Below, piece after piece: positions 57,667 to 64,000 of a DNA stretch of 64,000 nucleotides. The stretch comes from a virus. The stretch's first letter is position 1; each line of letters opens with the position of its first letter. The translations under genes and the position numbers were made by a program. The stretch lies in the UHGV virus genome UHGV-0038496; one strand, written 5' to 3'. Below the pieces are notes generated by a model that worked only from the letters and a program-made list of their open reading frames with translations, had not been told where the DNA came from and did not search any database.

Positions 57667-58122
57667 TTAGCGATCTCCGTACTCTGCTGCGTGTTTGTGC
57701 AGGTAGTCTAACACAACCTTTAACTCGTTTTCAAGGTCTTTTAAAAACTCGATAGAAGTAAAATGATTGATGCGGTAGCAATCAGAGATACAAAACTCTG
57801 GATAGCAAGCCCCTTCCATCCCGACATGCCAGCAACAACGAGCCAGCATCTTGAATGCTTCCTCGCTCCAATCCAGGTCAACTTTACCACAACTTTTCTC
57901 ACCGTTGTCAACTGCTCTCAGAAACTCACACAGGCAGTTTTGCAGTGTCTCGACCTTCATCAGGAAGTGTTCAAAATGGTCGTTGTGCAAACGAACAACA
58001 CGCTCCGCTTTTTTGATGCACAGTTCGAACACGCAAGGCAGCTTTTTGTTCAGTTCTATGTGGTAGCTGATTGCGTAGTAGTCATCACCGTACCATTTGC
58101 CACCGTCACTGCCGAAAATCAT
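57667..58122 (-). CDS. hypothetical Cys-rich protein
   Basis: ORF overlapping downstream stop. Confidence 0.4.
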   Translation of the reverse strand: MIFGSDGGKWYGDDYYAISYHIELNKKLPCVFELCIKKAERVVRLHNDHFEHFLMKVETLQNCLCEFLRAVDNGEKSCGKVDLDWSEEAFKMLARCCWHVGMEGACYPEFCISDCYRINHFTSIEFLKDLENELKVVLDYLHKHAAEYGDR

Positions 58123-58556
58123 AATGCACCCCCATAAACGTCATGAGTTTTGCAATACTGGATTGCTTTAAGGATATTGCAAAGTTCTTTGTGCAGCAAT
58201 TTTATTTGATTCATCTGGTAAGGAGAAAAATACAGCCGTTTCTGACAATCAGCTAAAGTGAAAGTATCATCGCTACGATCACCATCATCGCAGACCTCGA
58301 AAGTGCAATTCCCGTGCATGTGGCCTTTGGCGTGAGAGTTGTCTAACCAGACGCGATCACTGCATTTAATGTTGTTATCTAAAGCAAACATCCAGCGCTC
58401 AATCATATCGCGGATAAGATCGTATTTGGCATACATTTCGTCAGGAGTTACGTCACCATCCCCTGGTGGATAGTGATTCTCGTAGTGTAAATCTGGACAG
58501 ACAGTGTAGCATAAGTCTCTTGCTTGTCCTGATAACCAGTGAACTTCTCTACACAC
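58119..58556 (-). CDS. hypothetical protein (possibly frameshifted continuation of a short upstream ORF)
   Basis: GTG start without good RBS; a 57-codon ORF with good RBS starts at 58623 in another frame. Confidence 0.35.
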   Translation of the reverse strand: MCREVHWLSGQARDLCYTVCPDLHYENHYPPGDGDVTPDEMYAKYDLIRDMIERWMFALDNNIKCSDRVWLDNSHAKGHMHGNCTFEVCDDGDRSDDTFTLADCQKRLYFSPYQMNQIKLLHKELCNILKAIQYCKTHDVYGGAL

Positions 58557-58711
58557 CAGTCAATACCAAAAAGTTCTCTGTCAACAAGACCGCCAAATTC
58601 GTGTTTCAGACAAAGTGCCATGATGTGTATCTCCGAAAATAAAAAAGGCTAACAATTTCTGTTAGCCTTTAATGTACTCTTTTTTGTTGGTGTTGTCAAG
58701 TGGTAAAACTG

Positions 58712-58957
58712 TTAATTTTTTCCCTTCAACCCAACACAGATTCTTGACGGCTCTTTACCGTACCACATCAGGTAAAGTCCGTTAATGCGACCCTGTTTCG
58801 TATATGATTCTTTCCTGAGCTTCTTGTAGTACCGCGTTTCCATAACTGACATTTTAGAATACCTGTCATAAAGGAAGAGGTACAAAGGCCAGCCCTTAGC
58901 GTCCTTAATACACTTACTTAAAAATGCCTTGTTGCGCTTAATTAGTTTTCTTTTCAT
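58712..58957 (-). CDS. hypothetical basic protein
   Basis: Lys/Arg-rich. Confidence 0.4.
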   Translation of the reverse strand: MKRKLIKRNKAFLSKCIKDAKGWPLYLFLYDRYSKMSVMETRYYKKLRKESYTKQGRINGLYLMWYGKEPSRICVGLKGKN

Positions 58958-58977
58958 GAACTTAATACCTTAGCTTA

Positions 58978-59448
58978 TTAGTTGAACACTTTAGTGGCTA
59001 TGTAAAAATCTGGGCCATGAACTTTTGGAGGCTCACTGATACAAAGTATAGCTGAACCTACCTTAATGTAGTAGAACAGACTAAACTCACCTTTGAACTT
59101 ACGCCACTGTGCAACACAAGTTTGCTCATAACGATCAAGAATCTTGAAATAATCATCCAGACAAGCATCTTCTGGGATAATTATTGTAGGCATAAACTTG
59201 TTGTGACCGCAGCAACAGTTCATAGTCTGCAAACCTGCTGCCCACAGACTGACCAGCCGTTTAGCCATACACTTATCAACTGCGATAGTGCGTTGTTCAG
59301 TACCATCCATCCGTTTTGTACGAAGACGTTTAGGAACTTCCAGAATAACATTAGGGTGCTTAGCACCCTTCACTTTCTTGTTGTAAGATTTGCATTTACA
59401 CATGTGGTGTACCTCTGCTTTGTGGGAAGGCATCAGGCTAAAGCCCAT
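58978..59448 (-). CDS. hypothetical Cys/His-rich protein
   Basis: HHMCKCK ... CCCGHNK. Confidence 0.4.
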   Translation of the reverse strand: MGFSLMPSHKAEVHHMCKCKSYNKKVKGAKHPNVILEVPKRLRTKRMDGTEQRTIAVDKCMAKRLVSLWAAGLQTMNCCCGHNKFMPTIIIPEDACLDDYFKILDRYEQTCVAQWRKFKGEFSLFYYIKVGSAILCISEPPKVHGPDFYIATKVFN

Positions 59449-60071
59449 TCAAGGTGCTCTTTCATTTTGTCACCCCAACCGTTGACAACAGCGTCAACAC
59501 GCGTCCAATCCGTGCAACTCTGATCGTAAGGAGTATCCATCAGAATAGTGCTTCCGGTGTGAGAATCTTTCCGAGAAGGAAATGCTTCTATGCGGTCATC
59601 GATGAGCACGTCCCACTCAAAATTTATCTTCTCCTGCATGTCTTTCACACGGATCAGTTCATTCTCGTGCCTGTCCCCGTGGCCTCCCCATTTTATCTCC
59701 AGAAAAGGACACCATCTGTTGATGAAATCAAATTTATTGACATGCTGTTTGTGGCTTAAAGACCCAGTTAAAAACCAGATGATGGCTCCTTCGTCATGTA
59801 GCCACTTAATAGTGTCAACAGCACCAGGCAACGGCTCAAGGTTGTCATAGATGCCGCCTAACTTCCAGAAAAGCCTTAAGTCTCTCTTGTAGCATTCAGG
59901 AAAGTATTTTGTTAGGTCGTAGTAGAAACGCATCTGTGGATTCTGTGGCGGCAGAAAGACGTTAATGGGCAGACCAGTCCTTTTCTGACACCAGTCTAAC
60001 CATGCACGACCAGAATCAACAAAAGTAAGGTCCACATCTACAGCCACCACCTTGCCAATAAACTTTTTCAT
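59433..60071 (-). CDS. HAD-superfamily phosphatase (5'-nucleotidase-like), paralog of 14700-15302
   Basis: VDVDLTF motif I, YDLTKYFPE, VLIDDR; ATG at 60071 with GAGAGG RBS. Confidence 0.5.
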   Translation of the reverse strand: MKKFIGKVVAVDVDLTFVDSGRAWLDWCQKRTGLPINVFLPPQNPQMRFYYDLTKYFPECYKRDLRLFWKLGGIYDNLEPLPGAVDTIKWLHDEGAIIWFLTGSLSHKQHVNKFDFINRWCPFLEIKWGGHGDRHENELIRVKDMQEKINFEWDVLIDDRIEAFPSRKDSHTGSTILMDTPYDQSCTDWTRVDAVVNGWGDKMKEHLEWALA

Positions 60072-60081
60072 GGAATACCTC

Positions 60082-60336
60082 TCACAAACGTTCCAAACGG
60101 AACATGATTTTGAAAGCATAATCACGAACAGTTATGCCTAAACTTTCTAACCTGCAAAGTGTGTACTCAGAAATTTTAATGCTGATATTGTTTTTCATCA
60201 CTTCCCGCTGCCCATTGACCATATCAGTCAGTGCTTCACGGATAGCTTGGTAAGTCCGTGCAAAACGATAACCCCGATCAAGAGCTTCTTCCACTGTCAA
60301 CTGTTTGCGTGCTTTGATAATATCTTGTTTAATCAT
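60082..60336 (-). CDS. hypothetical protein
   Basis: ATG at 60336. Confidence 0.4.
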   Translation of the reverse strand: MIKQDIIKARKQLTVEEALDRGYRFARTYQAIREALTDMVNGQREVMKNNISIKISEYTLCRLESLGITVRDYAFKIMFRLERL

Positions 60337-60398
60337 GATGGTAGTCCTTATCTTTCTCTTAGTGGTCGCATTATATCCTAAAATTTTTCTCTTGTCAA

Positions 60399-60423
60399 TA
60401 AAAAAGGCCACCCGAAGGTGGCC
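60399..60423 (-). terminator. rho-independent terminator (minus strand)
   Basis: GGCCACC-cgaa-GGTGGCC hairpin with T-run on minus strand. Confidence 0.6.
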
Positions 60424-60486
60424 TTGTCGTTACACATCCCAGTTTTCTTCGTTGAACATGGCTAGAATCCTCTGTAAGTCATTGAT

Positions 60487-61740
60487 TTAGAAGGGGATAT
60501 CATCATCAAAGGCCCACTTTGTCGGATTAGGTTCCCCCTCTTCGATAGGTGGAGCATCTACAGTATTCTGCTGAGGCTCCGGTTGTGGTTCTGGTTTCTG
60601 TTCCGGCACAGGTTCCTGTTTGGCTTCCTGTTTAGGAACAGCAGTTGTGCTGCCAGTTTTGATCCACTTATACAAAGGTTCAGCCAGATTTACCAGAACG
60701 TTATTGGCTTCAGCTTTGATATCCTTGAACAGACAATCAAGATTCTGTAGGTTGTTGATGTTAACACGGCGACATGCGTTAAGTACAGCGTTACCTACAG
60801 TTGCCCCAACGGCATCCTCTTCATTCCCTGTTGCCTTAGCATACTCCATTTTGAGGTCAATTGTCAAGGTGTGGAGTTGCATTGCGATACCTAAATCTGT
60901 CGTACTGCCCGGATTCAATCCACGATCCAGAAGGATTTGCATTGCATTAAGAGCATGACCAGTGCTCACACCAATAGGGTCGTAAGTTGATTTACGAGGT
61001 GTTTTGTTTTCCAGTGGTGGATATGCTTTAAAACCACTTAAAACGTTACCTGCTTTATCACATACAGCTGCAACACGACCACCTACAACCAGTTCTTTCA
61101 GCTGATTCGGGTTGTTGACAACCATCACACCGACACCGATCTTCTGGTCATCAACGGTTACCGATTTACCATCGATAGCTGTGATAGTGCCATAGATGCG
61201 TAAAACGTCATTAGCCCCTTTCTGAGCAGGTTTTTGTTGGTTGCCTTGTGGTTGTTTACCCTGACCCTGTTTAGGCTGTTGTTGGCCTTTCTGCTGCGCT
61301 TTAGGAGCACTTGCAGGTACTTCACCAGTCCCTAACACAACAATTTTAGCCAGAGAGCCTTTGTAATAGGTCTTACCGTTGTACTCGTTGGATTTGAGAG
61401 GGATGTTAACAATCCAGCCCGGTACTACAGTTTCCCATTTGTCATTAATCTTAATGCTAACAGAATCCTGATGACCTGGTTTCAGGAGTTTATCACCCAT
61501 GCTAACCCACATCTCTTCACCACCCTGGATCAGTTTGTCGTTCTCATCCAGTTCAGCGATCAGAAGAGCAATCGTATGCGAGGATTCGATTTTCTTACCT
61601 TGCCACGTAGTGGTTTTGATACCAGTTTCAGGATCAGCCCCTTTGATAGGTTTGATACTCACCCGTTTGATGATACCGTGAGCCATGAGGATAGTTTCAC
61701 GAGGATTCATCGGGTTTTTAAATTCTTGTACAACGCTCAT
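60487..61740 (-). CDS. SSB-like protein with host-SSB-type C-terminal tip (DDDIPF)
   Basis: C-terminus FDDDIPF identical to the E. coli SSB tip; Q/P/G-rich linker; AAGGAGA RBS. Confidence 0.55.
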   Translation of the reverse strand: MSVVQEFKNPMNPRETILMAHGIIKRVSIKPIKGADPETGIKTTTWQGKKIESSHTIALLIAELDENDKLIQGGEEMWVSMGDKLLKPGHQDSVSIKINDKWETVVPGWIVNIPLKSNEYNGKTYYKGSLAKIVVLGTGEVPASAPKAQQKGQQQPKQGQGKQPQGNQQKPAQKGANDVLRIYGTITAIDGKSVTVDDQKIGVGVMVVNNPNQLKELVVGGRVAAVCDKAGNVLSGFKAYPPLENKTPRKSTYDPIGVSTGHALNAMQILLDRGLNPGSTTDLGIAMQLHTLTIDLKMEYAKATGNEEDAVGATVGNAVLNACRRVNINNLQNLDCLFKDIKAEANNVLVNLAEPLYKWIKTGSTTAVPKQEAKQEPVPEQKPEPQPEPQQNTVDAPPIEEGEPNPTKWAFDDDIPF

Positions 61741-62132
61741 TATTTGTCTCCTTCGGTTTGTTGTGGTTGCTCTGCTTCTTGTTGCTGATCACCAGCCTGG
61801 AAGCCAACTTTGATTAAGGTATCCTGTACTTTAGCCAGTAAGCCCAGTGCAAAATTGCAGGTTCCTACCAGAGCCAGGATATCATCCCGGTTGCGAGCTA
61901 CCCAACCTAAAGCATAGTCTAAGCGTCTGTAATTTGGTTCTTCAACCAGTGCCTGGAAGAGTCGATCAGCATCTTGTTGCTTCATGACTTCGGTAAGGTT
62001 GGAGAAGAAGGAAGAGAGAACAGCCAGCAAAGCCACCTGATCTCGTGATAACCCTAAGAATACAGCTTCTTGAGGTTGTTCTTCGTTTGGCACGTTCATT
62101 GCCGCCGTTTGTTGATCGTTCATTTGTTCCAT
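61740..62132 (-). CDS. hypothetical protein
   Basis: Gln/Glu-rich termini. Confidence 0.4.
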   Translation of the reverse strand: MEQMNDQQTAAMNVPNEEQPQEAVFLGLSRDQVALLAVLSSFFSNLTEVMKQQDADRLFQALVEEPNYRRLDYALGWVARNRDDILALVGTCNFALGLLAKVQDTLIKVGFQAGDQQQEAEQPQQTEGDK

Positions 62133-62228
62133 TGTAGGAAGTCTCCGATTAGTTGAACAACGTATTAAAGGGAGATACTATTTTAGCACCTCCCTCAGAG
62201 AATAACAATACTGATTGTCTATACAGTG

Positions 62229-62489
62229 TTACACTGGGCGTGCAAAACCCCACAGGCCGTCACCAAGCACACCTACGATCAGATCGCCTTCATCATCACG
62301 GATTTCAAACATACCTGGTAACAGGATTTCAGCATCAATGCCGAACAGTTGTGTGTGTTTGTAAGTAGGAGTTACAACTTTATACTCTTTACCTACTGTC
62401 AGGTTTTCACATGCTTCCGCACCAGGACCTAACTCATCGAATACGATTTTGTCACCTTCACTGAATACATGGTCTGTTAAGCGTTTCAT
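62229..62489 (-). CDS. hypothetical protein
   Basis: ORF in minus-strand array. Confidence 0.4.
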   Translation of the reverse strand: MKRLTDHVFSEGDKIVFDELGPGAEACENLTVGKEYKVVTPTYKHTQLFGIDAEILLPGMFEIRDDEGDLIVGVLGDGLWGFARPV

Positions 62490-62806
62490 ACTGGGTAGCC
62501 TTCGTCAAGTTGATAAAACTCTGCAACCGTTTTATCGAATGCAGGGACCCCGATATTGTTGACCAGGTGCCAGATAATCATATCTTTACCTGTTTCAAGA
62601 ATATCTATCTTGCGCCACAAGGCATACATGCCACCAGGACCCGCATAGATTGGAAGCTCATCACCCGCCTCTTCGAGGTAAGAGGCAAGTAATTCATCTT
62701 CCAAAGTGATCTCGTTTTGCGAGTTCATTACGCGGCGTAAGATTTTCAGAAAGTCTTCAGGATCCATATTTTCGTAATCAATCCTCATCAGCACCTCCAA
62801 TTGCAT
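62486..62806 (-). CDS. hypothetical protein
   Basis: ORF; start may be the internal ATG at 62788. Confidence 0.4.
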   Translation of the reverse strand: MQLEVLMRIDYENMDPEDFLKILRRVMNSQNEITLEDELLASYLEEAGDELPIYAGPGGMYALWRKIDILETGKDMIIWHLVNNIGVPAFDKTVAEFYQLDEGYPV

Positions 62807-63176
62807 TCTTTAAATCTTCCATCGCATCACCCACTTTGAGGATGATAACGTCGTTTTTAGCCCGTGGGTCGTGATCGTTAAGGCTGCACATTTTCTTGAC
62901 TGTGCAGATCACCAGATACGGACCTTGTTGTGTGACCATCACGTTGACCTTACAATCAAGGTCTGCTTTTGCACCTTTACGGAAATTGAACGGCTGTAAA
63001 CGGTCAAACAGATCAGCTTTTGGATTGTCATCTGTACGTACCAAAGCCATATCTTCAAGCAGGAATTGCTGACCGTTAAGGTTAAGCACAGCCACACCGT
63101 CACGGACTGTGATAACACCGAATGAATCGTCAAATCCAGTAAGGTCGAAGAGGTCTAAATCCCAGATTTTTTTCAT
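62778..63176 (-). CDS. hypothetical protein
   Basis: ORF in minus-strand array. Confidence 0.4.
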   Translation of the reverse strand: MKKIWDLDLFDLTGFDDSFGVITVRDGVAVLNLNGQQFLLEDMALVRTDDNPKADLFDRLQPFNFRKGAKADLDCKVNVMVTQQGPYLVICTVKKMCSLNDHDPRAKNDVIILKVGDAMEDLKNAIGGADED

Positions 63177-63188
63177 CTTGTGGCACCT

Positions 63189-63449
63189 TTAAAAGCTACG
63201 GAAGAGTTCTGTGTAAGTAGTTTCGTAGACTTCACCTTCTTCTACGATTTCCAACTCTGTTGTTGTGCAGTAAACATCATCACCATGCCCATCGATCAGG
63301 ATACATTCTTTGCCCAGTTGAGGATCATCTTCGTCATCCAGATTGATAATAGCATCATAGATGACACCTGGTTCACAATCGCAGAATGCACAGTCTTCTT
63401 CAAGGCAGAAACGTTTTACTTTAGCTTTGACACGTTGTGCTTTCATCAT
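63189..63449 (-). CDS. acidic Cys-containing small protein (paralog pair member)
   Basis: ILIDGHGDDVYCTTTELEIVEEG; similar to the next gene. Confidence 0.4.
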   Translation of the reverse strand: MMKAQRVKAKVKRFCLEEDCAFCDCEPGVIYDAIINLDDEDDPQLGKECILIDGHGDDVYCTTTELEIVEEGEVYETTYTELFRSF

Positions 63450-63507
63450 GGCTCTCCTTTTTTGTTAACGGGGCTATTATACATAACCCCGCTGTACTTG
63501 TCAATAG

Positions 63508-63765
63508 TTAATAGTGTTCAGGTTTTACAATAATCACATCTTCGAAAGTGCAATATACATCCTCTCCTTCATCATCTTGGAAGAGGAGACATTGCAGACC
63601 TTCTTCGGCGTAACGAATATCTTCTTCAGTGAGGTGAATACCAAGTTGTTCACAAAGTGCAATTAGCGGATTTTCACACATTTTCGCTTCATAGACTGCA
63701 CCAGCAGTGCAATCACGGAAAGTTTCATCAGAAATCAGTTTGTCTTCTTTGATCATAATTTTCAT
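63508..63765 (-). CDS. acidic Cys-containing small protein (paralog pair member)
   Basis: ATG at 63765 overlapping upstream stop (ATGA); LLFQDDEGEDVYCTFEDVIIVKPE. Confidence 0.4.
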   Translation of the reverse strand: MKIMIKEDKLISDETFRDCTAGAVYEAKMCENPLIALCEQLGIHLTEEDIRYAEEGLQCLLFQDDEGEDVYCTFEDVIIVKPEHY

Positions 63766-64000
63766 TTGGCTTCTCCAACTGGAATTCTTAACTGGAATAT
63801 TGCGTTCTCTACCCAACCACGGAGATAAATATACTCTACAACCTCCTCTGTTGTCAAGTCTTTTATTTTCTCATCAATGCCAACATCGTTGTGGTAGTCC
63901 CAGTCGGCATCAATTTCCCACAATTGGTACACAGATGTACCATCTTCTTCGTAACGCTGCCGTACGCAAAAAGATCCTTCAAAACCTGCAACCCGCTCGT
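63762..64000 (-). CDS. hypothetical acidic protein, 5'-partial (start beyond window end)
   Basis: Open minus-strand frame to window edge; stop at 63762-63764. Confidence 0.35.
   Translation of the reverse strand, partial: ERVAGFEGSFCVRQRYEEDGTSVYQLWEIDADWDYHNDVGIDEKIKDLTTEEVVEYIYLRGWVENAIFQLRIPVGEAK

Noticed and set aside
1-64000. Prophage or integrative element features (integrase, att sites, host flanks) and virion structural genes
   Set aside because: No tyrosine or serine recombinase motifs, no terminase, portal or capsid-like ORFs, and no host housekeeping genes were seen; the window looks like an internal early/metabolic region of a virulent phage.

Overview
This window looks like a gene-dense segment of a virulent tailed-phage genome, with an early-region layout reminiscent of T5-like coliphages (my inference; no database search was possible). 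About 36 kb of rightward (+) genes encode nucleotide and DNA metabolism functions: a DNA ligase, anaerobic ribonucleotide reductase nrdD (interrupted by two group I introns, each carrying an HNH homing endonuclease), nrdG, a PhoH-like ATPase, a ClpP-like protease, a dNMP kinase-like protein, a flap endonuclease, RuvC-like and endonuclease VII-like resolvases, a lambda R-like endolysin, a metallophosphatase, a small methyltransferase-like protein, and at least seven HNH endonucleases. Transcription then converges on a 2.5 kb ORF-free, repeat-rich region (37.6-40.1 kb) with three tandem perfect DnaA boxes, an AT-rich tract and several repeat families. The remaining ~24 kb holds small leftward (-) genes, most with their own sigma70-like promoter (rc TTGACA, TATTAT-like -10), including a macro-domain protein, a HAD phosphatase paralog and an SSB-like protein ending in the host SSB tip DDDIPF. 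A second ORF-free repeat region (52.7-53.9 kb) carries a strong plus-strand promoter. No tRNA, rRNA, CRISPR array, integrase or virion structural gene was recognised. The strongest candidates for something undescribed are the two repeat-rich non-coding regions (possible origin or injection-control elements) and several putative anti-defence genes (acidic paralog array, macro domain, SSB-tip mimic). All functional calls rest on motifs read by eye and recalled family signatures.
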